This document shows positions 25,547 through 37,600 of a stretch of DNA of 64,000 nt, piece after piece; within the stretch, counting starts at the first letter, position 1; every line of letters begins with the position of its first letter. The notes under the pieces are model-generated. The model had not been told where the DNA came from, made no database searches, and saw only the letters and a list, made by a program, of their open reading frames with translations. The translations under genes were made by a program, and so were the position numbers. The stretch covers positions 416,406-480,405 of the forward strand of contig NW_024881729.1 of assembly GCF_019059575.1 (NCBI RefSeq), given 5' to 3'. The stretch is from Amphibalanus amphitrite. Taxonomy: Eukaryota.

Positions 25547-28500
25547 AAGCAGGTGTGTGATAGTCCGGAGCCGCGCTCGTCCGGCCCCAGAGCCGGCAAT
25601 ATGTTTTGTAGCCAGCTGAGCCTCACATCATCTGCTGCCAGCCGATGGGGATTATTGGCTCCCCGGCGCGCCGGCCAGACTCCAAAGGGCCGCCGCGCCG
25701 CACCCCCGTCCCGTCCGAACCCTGTCGGCGCGTGTGTTACACCTCATCCAGCGCTCATCTGGCCTCCCCTCTGCCGCCTCGCTGCACAGGTGAAGCCGGT
25801 GTGGGGCTGAGCGCTGCTCGGACGCCGCCGCCGTGCTGTGATTCTATTCAGGTGTGCCGTGTCGCCGTCGGTCCCTCAATGAGAACCCATCGATCCAGGC
25901 CGGTGTGTGTGAGCAGCACACGCGGTTCTGCAGCTTCCTGTCCCTCGACTCCCTACCAGCGTCATTTAGTCCCTCCCAGTCGGCCATTTTCTGACCGTGC
26001 TGCCGTCACGGAATCCTCTGATCCTCGGCTGAGCCGCTGGGTAGCCGTGAGGTGGGCCCCAGCACCGGCCGGCCGGCCGCCGGAGCTCACTGTCCGGTCC
26101 GCCTGTCCTGTCCGCCGGCCCCGCTGCGGCTCCGACCCGCTGCGGCTCAATCCGGTCCGGACATGTCGACCGATGTCGTCAGCGGCGGCAGACTCGACTC
26201 TGGCCGCCAGAGGTCAGCCAGCGCCGCAGCGCCGGAACGGGAACTTGTCTGGCGTGGGAGCCAGCCAATTTGCGGCGCTCACCGCACCGACGCAACTTGC
26301 TGGAACCGGTGCTAACGCGTTCCGGGTCAGGTGCTCATGCGCAGGTCAGGCGGTAACGTGTTCGAGGTAAGATGCTAACGTGTTAGGGGCGGGGCACTAA
26401 CACGGTTCAAGAGAATGAATTTTTAGGCCGACACTCGGGCGTTGGAACATATCTCAATATGAGTGGGTTGCCGTATCTGCTACACAGGCGCGGCCACTGA
26501 CCTGACCTGACCTCTGCACGTGCTGGCGTGCGCCGGTCGGCACGCCGGTGCATTTTTCCCAGGCGCTGCGGCGCGGGAGAGCGTGATTGGTGGGCGGGTC
26601 CGGCCGGAGGGCGGGAGACTGCAACGCAGCGCGGCCGGCAGGGCGCTAACACTGGAGACTGCGACTTGGCAGCGGCGCTAGCACCAGAGCCGGCGCGGTC
26701 CCACGGCGAGGGGCCGTATATGATATCCGTTATCGGATTGGTATCACTGAGGCCCGCGCCGCCGTCCAGGGACCATGGGGAAGGACGACCGGCCGCGGAG
26801 GCCGTCTGTGGCGAGGTCGGATGCCGCTGACACTGATGCGGCGACATGTCAAACTCGTGAGCATTGTGGTGCGCCGCCTCCGCCCGGCGATTCTAATTGA
26901 TGACAGCAATCGAGCCGTGGCAGGTGGATCATGCGGTCAGTGGCAGTCGCCAATGTCGAATTTATGGCTCGAGCCCACGCTCCTTCACGACTTCTCAAGA
27001 TCCTAATCAAGATGTCGGCTTTTTATATTCATACATCGGTGCAAGTTCGGTAGTGTTATTCATATGTAGATTGGGTCTATTAGTTGCAGTGTGGAGAGGA
27101 TCGAAGGTGTTGCGGGGCTCCTCCTCCCAGTGGGGTGTGCCGCGCCGCGCCGTGCCGCGCGCCGAAGATGGCCGCTCATGTACGTGACCGGCTGCTGGAG
27201 AGGAGGCGTCACGCCGCGCTCCGAGCAGCTCGGAAGCTGACACGGCTCACGGCTCATGGCTCATGGCTCGTAGCTTGGAGAGCTGGGACTGTTGCTGAAG
27301 TTAGGTAGCTCTGACAGGTCCCGATCCGGAACTGCGAAGTCCTGCAGCCCCCTTTCAATGGTCTCCCGTTTCCGTAGGACCCGGCGGACGGTGTCCATCC
27401 CGGAAGTGGTCCTCTGTCGGTGGGCCGATCCCGGGTTGTTGTTTCTGTATCCGCGGTGTGTCCGGCCAAGGTCGTGGCGCCGCTTACCGCCTCTCAGTGT
27501 CGACTCGCCGGAATGCCAGCCGTCTTGTTTACGTGGGCTTTTTACGCGCGGAACGATCCGTGTTTGGTTTTGCATGTGTGCGCTTTTGTCGGTCTATTCA
27601 ATTATTGTGTCGGGATTACTTTCATATTTTCCGGCGGCCCGGCTGAATGTCAACCCTGAAAGCCGCCAGCTCATTGCCAGTGCCGGCCCGCTCGGATGCA
27701 TCAACAACATCCCCGAGGCCAGCGCTAAGCACATGTTCATGTCGACAAGCATTCAACCGGCAATTAAACATACTCTAAAAACACAGCTCGGCACATTTGC
27801 CCGCCTGGAATAGCAGCATCAAGCCCGTGGAAACAGAGCGGACGATCGCCATCGCTCTCAGGCTGTACGGCTACTCCGCTCTTGCCCTTCGTTCGGTTCA
27901 CTTTACCGTTTGGTTCCCGTATCTTTCCGATATTCCCGCGGTCGGCTGTATGTACTAGGACTAGTTTGTTGTTCCCCGTGGTCGCCAGGTCCACCTAATG
28001 AGCTGTCAACCTTTGGCGGCAGTTAATGGCGCACAGGTGACAGTCGCCACCGCACGACGCGCGTTTTGGAGATATTTCTCCGGGGGAACTAGCTGGCTAT
28101 CTGCCGATCGGGCCCTCCGATAGCCCGCACCGATCCATCTCCGTCGATCGGCCGTAGGGACGAGAATAGTGCGCCGGGCGGTGGGTCGGTGGCCCTTACC
28201 GACTGTTTATGACCTGTGAGCGCCGTCCCGCTACGATCGCCGCTGTGCTGTGGCCGCCGGTGGTGCATTATGCACCTCGTGGAACGCTGCGTGCTGCGCC
28301 GGCACACTCCTGCCCGGACGGATAAAGACCGGTTGCTGTCCGTGCAACGTCGCAGCTCACGAGGGACTCCCTACAGCGGCGACCGGTCGGCCGGTCGACC
28401 CCCGGGACTCCGCTGTGAGTCCGTGCCCGGCTCACGGCGCCCGGCCGCCTTCCGTGACTGATAACGGCGTTGCATGTGGCGCCGAGACACCTCGGCCGCT

Positions 28501-29644
28501 ACCGGTCGCCGGCGCCGCGCGCCGACCGTGCTCACAGTGACGTGAGCTCCTCTGGGGAATGCCGATCGGCCGATCACAGCTCAGCGTGTTATTGATCATC
28601 ATATCACGGCGCATTACGGGCCGTGTAAATAGGTCAATCTGAGCCCAGTGCCCACCATCCCGGAATAGCTCGACCGCCTCGGCCAGTCTCCCGACCGGCG
28701 CTCGGCGCGGCTTATATACAGGTGCGCTCCGTCCTGTAGCTGCCGACACATGGTACCGACACGGAGCGCCGATCGCCGACCGCCGGGCGCCGACCCGATT
28801 CCGCTGACTCACGAAATGTCCGGGTCACGTGCTTATCTGCCAATCTGCGCCGATGATACACCGCTAGGTGGCGCCGGGAGCTGCTCGGAGTGGCCGCCTC
28901 CTGCAGCGACCCACCCCGGCCGCGGCCCACGGCACGGAGCCGAGACAGAGAGGTGACTTCAGAGCGCAGCGCCGCCCGACTGGGTGGGAGGCCTGGAATT
29001 CAGAGATACGGGGCACCCGCCGAACAGCAGCTGCTCTGTCATAGGGCGGCGCCGCCGGAGCTCAGACGCAGTTAATCTCTCCTACGCAGTCTCGTGTTTT
29101 AGGGAACGTGTTCATCCCATTGTTACGAAGAACTAAACAGTATCGGGCTGTCTTTTCTCGTCTGTCTCCCATTCACATTACTGCACGTTACTGTTCCTGA
29201 TCTCTTTCCACGCCATCTTATCCCAACTCATTCCACCCATCCCATACCCTCCCATCCCATCTCATCCCATAATAACTCGGTGCTCGCCGTGCCGATCGTT
29301 CATCTCCAAATGGTGTGTTCCCTGATGAGCGATGCCTGCGCCGCGAGCGGTTTGTAGCCAGCCTTGGACCTGAACGTCGTCCGTCGTCGTCCCATTTGCC
29401 ACTGCCGAGCTGCCGTCAACTGAAGTCGCCGCGGTCATTCACTTTCATTGAACTCTACCTCTCCCATCAATGTGTGGGAGGCTCTTTATTTTCGCTGCCT
29501 CTTCGTGTCATCAAGCGGCCAACAGCGCTGCAGCGATTGCATGCTTCAAATGTCATCACATTAGCCTTGTTGCATGAGAGTAATCGGCATCTGCTGCGGA
29601 TATTTGACCGATGTGCAGGCATGCAGGCGAGCTTCACTGGCGAG

Positions 29645-32600
29645 AGTCTGGAGGGACCCACCTTCACGTGGTGGACTCCGTGGGGCTCGTCCCCGCCCCC
29701 GCCGTGGAGAGCGGCGGGGGAAGCCAATCGGGTCCCAGCCCGCCCTCTCGGGGCCGGGCGCCGGCGGCCGACGCTCCACCGCGCCGTCGTCCCTACACCA
29801 TCTGCACGTCGACCCGCACACTTGGTGCACGCTCAGCGGGCCGGTGCCGCGCGAGGGCATGCCGCCTGGAGGCTGTCCGCAGCGGCGCCGGCCTGCGCTG
29901 AATGAGTGAGTCGGCGCCCCCCGCCGCTAGTGCCGGCGGCGGGGGTGCGGCGGCGTCCGCCGGAAGGAGCTCCCGGGGTCGAAGCAGGAGAGCTAAGAAC
30001 CGCCGATACCGCGCCAACCTCAAGACTCGAAGCCGCCTGCAGATCGCCTGCTGGAACGCCGAGGGACTACATCGCAAGTTGACAGAGCTCCAAGGCTGGC
30101 TATCGGAGTCGAAAATCGACGTCATCGCGGTTCAAGAGGCACAGTTCAGCGCCTCATCTCTCACCGAGATCCCGGGGTTCCAGACGGCGGCCGTCCGCCG
30201 AAGGGCACGGGGGCGGAGGAACTCAGGCCCGGCCAAGGGGGGCGACGTAGCGATCTACGTCCGCAAGGGTCTCAACTTTGACAAGCTGGAGACCGCCCCC
30301 CTGGCCATGGCGGACACGACTACCGAGTGGTGCGGCATCCGCCTGTACCTCAGCAACTCCGCCCTGAAGAGCAGCAGTCCTGCGCCAACCCTGGACATCC
30401 ACAATCTCTACCGGCCGCCAATCCGACCTGGCGAAGAAGACCAGAGGTCCGACTACTTCGACCCGTCGGCCCTCCCCACCAACCCAGACTCCCTACTGTT
30501 GGGGGACTGGAATGCCCACCACCCGGCCTGGGATCGGCACTGCATGGAGGAGGACGAGACGGGGCGTCGTCTGGCGGACTGGATGACACAAACCGGTGTC
30601 ACCACCCTCAACGACGGCTCCCACACCAGGACCAGCTACAGGGGACAACCCAGCACTCCAGACGCCGTCTTCTGCCACCGTGACCTGGCCCGCCGCTGCA
30701 CGTGGGCGGTGGGCACGGACATCGGCAGCGACCACCTGCCGATGGTCACCACCGTCACGATGAGCGGACACCGCCCAAGACGGATACGCAAGACGCGCTG
30801 GGCCTTTCACAAGGCAAACTGGACTGGCTACGAGGACGACTGCGAGTCAACTCTCGCGGGGCTCCCGGAGGACGTCACGGCAGAGCGACTCAACGAGCTC
30901 TTCACTGCCGCGCTGCTGAAGTGCAGCGTGCTGCATGTCCCCCGCGGGGCCAGATCCGACCCCAAGCCCTGGGCCATGGACCCTGAACTGGAGGAGGCTG
31001 TGCGCGACCGCCGTAGCGCGAGGGCAGCACTGGACGCCGCTCCCGGATCGACAGATGCCAGAGACCGCTGGGTGGAGGCGAAACGCCGCGCAGCGAAGAT
31101 CGAGGAGGAGGCGAAGGCGCGCTCTTTCAGGAACTTCGCGACCGAGGAGCTGAACCGGCCTGCCAACATCGGCAGAGTTCACAAGATTCTCCGGAAGATG
31201 GAGGGGGCGGAACAAGCTCCGCCCGGCCAAGCGCTCGGGGACCACGGACGTCGCGCCGTGGAGGACCGGACCAAGGCCGCGGCGTTCGCCAAACAGTACG
31301 CCAGTGTCAGCCGACAGGTCCGGAATAAGCTCCAAGACCGCAAGACGAAGTCCGAGCTGACAAGGCTCCGCGCCGAGCCCTGCGTCTGCTCCGATGCCCG
31401 TACCGAGGCCTGTTCCTTGTTTACGCCTCAGGAACTGGACACGCAGCTACGCAACATGAAGTGTGGGAAGGCGCCGGGCCCAGACGACATCTGCGCCGAG
31501 CACCTGCGCCACCTGGGCCCGGGTGCCAAGACCACTCTCCTCCGACTGCTGAACCTGTCCTGGTCCACAGGCCAGGTACCGTCTGCGTGGCGCCGGGCGA
31601 CCATCATCCCAGTTCCCAAAGCTGGGAAGGACCCAAAGATGATCGCCAGCCATAGGCCGATTGCGCTCACTAGCCACCTGGCGAAGCTGGCCGAGCGCCT
31701 AATCGCCGCCCGCCTCAACCATCTGGTAGAGCGCGATGGACTCGTGCCGCCCGAACAGGTCGGCTTCCGACGAGGCAGATCGGCTGAAGAGAACCTGGCA
31801 AGACTGGTGCAGCGGGTCCAAGATGGCTGGAACAAGCCGAAACCGAGAGGACGACCGGAAGAGGGCAAGTCCGCGGAAAAGTTTGTACTCCTCGCCTTCG
31901 ACTTCTCACGGGCGTATGATGTCATCGATCACAAGATGCTCCGCCTCAAGCTCCTCCGCCTGGGGGTGCCCAAGTGCATGTCCGCATGGATATGGGCGTT
32001 CCTCCGGGACAGGAGAGCTGCGGTCGAGGTCAACGGCGCCCGAGGAGGCGAGCGCCCGTTCCGGGCCGGACTCCCGCAAGGCAGTGTTCTGGCCCCAACG
32101 CTTTACACGCTGTGGTCGGCCGACCTGATCACGGCGCTCAAGACCGTGCCAGGCACAGACATCTTCATGTATGCCGACGACACGGCGACGCTCAGCAGCG
32201 GCGCCTCCATCGAAGAGGCCGGCCGCCGAGCCCAGCGAGCTGCGGACATCATCGCCAGCTGGGCATCAAGATGGAAGATGCGGGTCGCCGGCGAGAAAAC
32301 ACAGGCCCTCGTCCTATCCCAATGGGCCCGCGACGCGTCGAGCTTGAGCATCAAGGTGTCTGGCGCCGTGGTGACTGCCGGCCCCTCCCTCAGACTCCTG
32401 GGCGTGACCTTTGACCGCCTCCTTCACTTCGGCGCCCACTGTGCCGAGCTGCGCAAGAAGGTCCGCCCCCGTGTCGCCCAGCTGCGACGCATGACCGGGA
32501 GGAGCTGGGGACTGGGCGAACGCCAATTGAGGTCGGTGGCCAACGGGTACATCAGGGGGGCCTTAGAGTACGCGGCGGGGGCGTGGATGCCTGCGGCCTC

Positions 32601-33972
32601 CGCTTCACACCTGGAGCTGGTCGACAGGGAGCTGCGGGCGGCGGCCCGGGTGATAACCGGCTGCCCCGCCTCAACACCCGCCTTCGCCCTGCTGTCGGAG
32701 GCGGGCATGCCCGCCGCATGCACGCGCCGCTCGGTGGTGGCAGCCAGGCTACTGGGCCTGGCGATGTCCCTGCCAGAGGGCGACCCTCTCCGAGCCCTGG
32801 CGGAGTCGACCCCGCCGCGCCGCCTCAAGACGACGACCGGATGGAGGGACCGCGGTCGCGAGGCCCTAGCACGGGTCTGCCGCGGCGGCGCGCCGCTGAC
32901 CTTTGAAGCGCGGCTAGCAACCGCCGGGCCGCCGTGGCGCGATGTCCCCGGTGTGACCATCGTCCTGGAGGTGGGTCCCGGGGGACGCCGCGACTGCCAC
33001 CCGGACACAAGACGAGAGGCAGCGGAGAGCCGTCTGGCGGAGCTTCCGGCCGAGGCGACCTGGATATGGTCAGACGGCTCCGCCGCGGATGGGGTGCTGA
33101 ATGGAGGAGGAGGAGCCACCATCATTTCCCCGAACGGCGACATCAGGGAGGTGCGTGTCGCGGCAGGCGCCCTCTGCTCCAGCACCCGCGCGGAGCTATT
33201 CGCCCTGAGAGCGGCGCTGGAGGAGCTCCTGAACATGGATGGCCGTGACACCTCCCTTCCGACTGTCGTCTGTACCGACTCGATGGCGGCGCTGGCCCTC
33301 CTGCGGAGCGGCCCGGCGGCCCAGAGGACTCCGCTGGCCGCAGATATATGGAGGCTGCTGGCCGCGCTCACCGAGGGGGGCCAGCCAGTAACCATGCAGT
33401 GGGTCCCTGCACACTGCGGGCTCCCCGGTAATGAGCGAGCGGACGCCCTCGCCCGCGAGGCCAGCGCCCTACCCCAACATGACACTCCGATCGACGGTGG
33501 CACGATATGCAAGGCCGTTGCACGAGACGCTGCGCGCGCCTGGCAGCGGAGCTGGCCGGACGGCTGGTACCGGGCGATATGGGCCGACCGCCGTCCCGGC
33601 CCCGTCCTGGAGGCCGACCGTGCCGTCGCGGTTGATATTCACCAGCTCCGAGCAGGACACTGGAGCGGCTCGGCGCAGTACCTGCACCGCATCGGCCGCC
33701 GTCCCGAGGCCGACTGCCCGCAGTGCAATGACATGGGCTGCCCTGCTGCACGATGCCGCGTCTGCCGCGAGGAGGCGGACACTCCACGACACGTCCTGCT
33801 CCGATGCCCGGCGCTGGCGGGACGCCGCCTGCGGCGCCTGGGTAATATTCACCTGGAAGCGTCTATGGCAAGGGACGACGGCGCGGTGGCGGCCTTGGCC
33901 GCCGGCTACCGCGCCCAATTGAGCCTCATCGGCTACGCCCCCTAGGGGGCTGGAGGGAACAACGACGACGAC
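29645..33972 (+). mobile_element. full-length non-LTR retrotransposon (LINE of the RNase-H-containing I/R1/LOA-type group) with one long ORF. It is flanked by a 17-bp target-site duplication, cgagcttcactggcgag (29628-29644 and 33972-33988), and has a 3-prime (ACG)n tail.
   Basis: Identical 17-mer on both sides. ORF 29902-33945 encodes apurinic endonuclease, reverse transcriptase, RNase H and a C-terminal Cys-rich finger with no stops. Same orientation as ephrin, inside intron 1. Confidence 0.8.
29902..33945 (+). CDS. LINE ORF2-type polyprotein, 1347 aa, apparently intact: apurinic-type endonuclease (N-terminus, ...DHLPM), reverse transcriptase (PDDICAEHLRHLG...YADDTA), RNase H (TWIWSDGSA...TDSMAALA...VPAHCGLPGNERAD), C-terminal CCHC-like finger
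   Basis: Domain motifs read from the translation; uninterrupted frame. Confidence 0.85.
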   Translation: MSESAPPAASAGGGGAAASAGRSSRGRSRRAKNRRYRANLKTRSRLQIACWNAEGLHRKLTELQGWLSESKIDVIAVQEAQFSASSLTEIPGFQTAAVRRRARGRRNSGPAKGGDVAIYVRKGLNFDKLETAPLAMADTTTEWCGIRLYLSNSALKSSSPAPTLDIHNLYRPPIRPGEEDQRSDYFDPSALPTNPDSLLLGDWNAHHPAWDRHCMEEDETGRRLADWMTQTGVTTLNDGSHTRTSYRGQPSTPDAVFCHRDLARRCTWAVGTDIGSDHLPMVTTVTMSGHRPRRIRKTRWAFHKANWTGYEDDCESTLAGLPEDVTAERLNELFTAALLKCSVLHVPRGARSDPKPWAMDPELEEAVRDRRSARAALDAAPGSTDARDRWVEAKRRAAKIEEEAKARSFRNFATEELNRPANIGRVHKILRKMEGAEQAPPGQALGDHGRRAVEDRTKAAAFAKQYASVSRQVRNKLQDRKTKSELTRLRAEPCVCSDARTEACSLFTPQELDTQLRNMKCGKAPGPDDICAEHLRHLGPGAKTTLLRLLNLSWSTGQVPSAWRRATIIPVPKAGKDPKMIASHRPIALTSHLAKLAERLIAARLNHLVERDGLVPPEQVGFRRGRSAEENLARLVQRVQDGWNKPKPRGRPEEGKSAEKFVLLAFDFSRAYDVIDHKMLRLKLLRLGVPKCMSAWIWAFLRDRRAAVEVNGARGGERPFRAGLPQGSVLAPTLYTLWSADLITALKTVPGTDIFMYADDTATLSSGASIEEAGRRAQRAADIIASWASRWKMRVAGEKTQALVLSQWARDASSLSIKVSGAVVTAGPSLRLLGVTFDRLLHFGAHCAELRKKVRPRVAQLRRMTGRSWGLGERQLRSVANGYIRGALEYAAGAWMPAASASHLELVDRELRAAARVITGCPASTPAFALLSEAGMPAACTRRSVVAARLLGLAMSLPEGDPLRALAESTPPRRLKTTTGWRDRGREALARVCRGGAPLTFEARLATAGPPWRDVPGVTIVLEVGPGGRRDCHPDTRREAAESRLAELPAEATWIWSDGSAADGVLNGGGGATIISPNGDIREVRVAAGALCSSTRAELFALRAALEELLNMDGRDTSLPTVVCTDSMAALALLRSGPAAQRTPLAADIWRLLAALTEGGQPVTMQWVPAHCGLPGNERADALAREASALPQHDTPIDGGTICKAVARDAARAWQRSWPDGWYRAIWADRRPGPVLEADRAVAVDIHQLRAGHWSGSAQYLHRIGRRPEADCPQCNDMGCPAARCRVCREEADTPRHVLLRCPALAGRRLRRLGNIHLEASMARDDGAVAALAAGYRAQLSLIGYAP

Positions 33973-34576
33973 GAGCTTCACTGGCGAGGTTTTGCAGAGA
34001 TTACACGCTAGCGCCGTCGTATACTCGGTTCCGGCGATACTTCAAGGCCCTTACTCTCACTGAGTTCGGCGGTCAGCGAACAGATGGATCATTTATTTTC
34101 GGTGGTGGTTAATATTCAGAAAGTTACACGAGAACAACAGCCCAGCCAACAACAAGTACATTATTCAAGGTATTTCCTAATTTCTGCCGCGGCTCAGGTC
34201 GGCGAGTCGGCTATAGTCCAGTCGGATCAGCGCCGAGTGTCGCCCCGTTTTGGCCTCGCGTCACCGCCAAGCCGATTTAGCGGGCTCGGCTGGACGTTTC
34301 TTGCTTAGGGCGAAGTCCCGTTACCATTTTTCGTAACTGGAGAGCCGACCAGCCCACCTGAGTGGCCTTGGACGGAATGGCGACGCCTGCAGCTGCTCAA
34401 GTCGGCGAGTCTGCAGCTCCGACTGATGTGGCCGTTCTCATATTACCCGCTAATATCTGGCTGACCTCTCCGCTGTCTCTGTAATGTATTCCTAAGAATC
34501 CTAACTCATCTCGAACGGCTCGTCCGGCCGTTTGCAGACATTCCGCGACACAGTCTCAGGCCGTCTCGGCTCCCGC

Positions 34577-34632
34577 CGGCTCTCCCTCTGGCTCTCCCTC
34601 TAGCTCTCCCTCTGGCTCGCCCCGTGGCTCCC
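34577..34632. repeat. 12-mer tandem repeat (ggctctccctct), about 4.5 copies
   Basis: Direct reading. Confidence 0.85.
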
Positions 34633-37600
34633 ACACGGGCGTCGGACGCTGGAACGATTAGCTAAGCGGCGCTCAATGCGGCGAGCGTCCGTCCAAATTA
34701 CAGAGTGGCCATTGTTCCCACACCGGCCGATCTGCATGGCGCGAGGGCCGGCCGTTCTGGCGCAGGGTGGAGGCTGCCGGCGCGCGCGCTCCGATCGGCC
34801 AGCCGCCGGGGGCGAGCCGAGCCGACTCTCCCGGCGGAGATCTGTCTTACCGCCGGCAGATGGTGGGAGAGTGAGCGCGCGCACGGGTGGCGCCGGTTTC
34901 TAACAAGGTATCGATTCAGCCCAACCGGTGCGTGGGATATGAATAATGGCTTTACGTAACACAATGATGTTTCTCCTTTTTTTCTCGTTATCACTCCATT
35001 CTTTGTTCATTGAGAGATAGGTTTCAATTTATATCCTTTCCCTTTTCTCTATTACTCCACATATTTCTCTTCTCTCTCCCTCTCTCCTCTTTCTTTTTCT
35101 TCTTCTTCTGTCTCTCACCTCTACCTATTCAGCTACTCTCACAGTGCGTTTTTCGAAGCCCGACATGCTCTTTAGCCCGTTTAAGCGTATTTACCTCTCA
35201 GCACAATGGCTCTCTCTATCCTCCTTATCTTCCGTTCAGTGGCGTTGCCACTTTTGATCATTCTCTGCAAGTTATGCCATTATTTCGTCTGTTATGTGCT
35301 GCCGTTTTTCCCTTCCATCGCCTCGCTCCGCCGCTGTATCGACTGCGTGATCGCTAATCCCAGCTCCACATCGGAGCCGGCACATTTTTATTTTCCATGG
35401 CTTAGAAGCCCCGCCGCGTGCGGCTGTGAAGCCGGAATGTGTCGTTTTACGGGCGGTCGACGCGCCGACGGCGACTCGTCGTTTGCGACGATACGTGGAC
35501 GGCGGCGGCGGTGGCGGATGTTGCAGGCGCTTTGTGGTAGGGTTCTTGATCGCTGACTGGAGGTCAATCATTGTTTTTACACGCCAACGTATTTGTGTTG
35601 CTCGCTGTTTTTGCGGGAGCATTATTTTGTCGTAATTCATAATTCATTGCGCATGTTGAAAGGGGCTTTATGGGAGGCCACCTTTGTTGCCAAAAATGGA
35701 CAGCTTGCAAGTTGTTTTGTCTTTATCCTGTGGAATGCAATGAATCAAATCTATTGACTGTTGAGTTGTCTGGTTGACATGCCGACAACCAGTTCTTATG
35801 ATCTACCGGTCGGTGCGCGTTTCCCACGCCGACTCAAGGACCCGGAGTCCGGCCCGGCTCCGGCTGCCGCCGTCTCCGGCTCCGGGCCCCGGCGCGGCAG
35901 CTGCGGAGGTCGTGCGCCGCGCGATTGGCAGCCGCCCTGCCCACCTCTGCCGCCGCCCATTCAGCGCACTAATGGGCTCCGCCGTGCCGCGTGAGCTGCC
36001 ACGCTTTCCAAGAGTGAGTTGTAGTGCACTGTTGTAGCCCGCTTTGAGGGCTATGTTGTCAGCAGCAGCCAGAGAGTAAAACGCAACAAGGGTCAGAAGG
36101 GACAGTGCCGTAAATCCGGGGCAGTGCTGGGACAGGTAGGAAAAGCCGGGGGCAACTTTTGCACTGGTACAGTGTTGCGGCAGACCAGCTGTGATCTACG
36201 ACCACGGAGCAGTAACCACGTTCTCTGCAGTCGCCTTCTCCCCTAGGCGATGATTACGAGTCCGCTGCTGCCGCAACCGCGGCAACACGTGTAACACGCC
36301 GGACAGTAGTAATTACACGTGGACTGAAACACGCGCGGCACGTGCGCCTTTACACCCTGCTATTGTGTGACCCTCGTGCTGTGTCCCTGTGGATTGTCCT
36401 TTACCCATTCGTCCATCAACCCTGACAGTGGACCGTCGGTCAGTCATGTGTTGATCGGTCGGGCCGGGGAGACGCGGTGCTCCCCTCCCGCCCGTACGCC
36501 GTGCGATGGGAGGGAGGCGGCCGGCTCGGCGGTCCGCCCGTCCCCGTTGGACGGAGATGATGGCGCCGCTCACATCTGGGTCGGTCGGCCGGCCGGGCGC
36601 CGCCGGCGGCGACGATACGGATCTGCGAGAACGGCGCGCCGCGCAGAGAGGAGAGAGTGGAGGGAGGCAGACGCGGGCAGAGAGGGTGACTGGATGGATG
36701 AGCGAGTGGTAAAGAAGGGCAGGGTTCGGGTCGACCCCGTCCGTTCTATCTTCGAGTCCCCAGCGATCCCCAGGGCTGAGCCGCCGGTCTGTGGGATTTC
36801 GGTCCGTGTTTGCCGACTGTGCGACGTGCCTGCCGCTCGACACGCCAGGTGTAGGGTATCCGTCTCACCGCGCCGGTACCGGGGACCGCCGCTGCCGACT
36901 GTGCTCCCCTTCTCTCCCCGCCTCCGTTCTCTCCCCTGCGCCGTTCTCCCCTTCGTCCGTGCGCAGAATGCGTGACGGTGGTTTGTGTGCGTGTGTAACC
37001 CTGCGCTGCGCTGCCTCACCGCTGCACCATTGCCTGTAGCGCTGAATCGAGGCGGCGTCTCAGTGCAGTCTTGCGGGCGTGGTCAGTGCCGACGGCGCCG
37101 ACAGGTGGCTGGCACGGCGCCCGACTCAAATCAGCCTGACGAGCACGGTGTGTACCTCACCACAGACCACCTCTGATCGGTCTGGCATCGTCAGAGTGTT
37201 CCCGTCGACCTGGCGCCGGTCAGCGACGCACCCTCCGCCCCGAACAAAGGCCCGCGTGGCGCGGAACATGGTACTGTTGGCAGAGGGCACGCCGCAGATA
37301 TACCGCCGCGCGAGGTTCGTGGTCGGTAGAATTACCGGCCCCTAAATTCCTATCACCGGCGGTCGTGTGTCCGATTACTCTTTGCTGACTCGACGTTTGG
37401 CATGTTTGTGTCGGTCTTTGGGAACGGTACTTTGTATCAACTCGCCGGCAGTGTCAGCAGTACGACGATAGTTGCACGGTCGAGTCGACCCGCCGAGTCC
37501 CGCGCCGCGCAGCGGACGTCCGGTGGGACCAGCTGCTCGACCGACCGGCTGTGTGACCCCGTATTGACCGGCGGCGCCACTCCTGTTTGACCGCTTCCAT

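Noticed and set aside
29315-29905. Possible LINE ORF1 upstream of the 1347-aa ORF
   Set aside because: No zinc-knuckle, coiled-coil or RRM features. It overlaps the element's 5-prime boundary and target-site duplication. The element appears to be of the single-ORF type.
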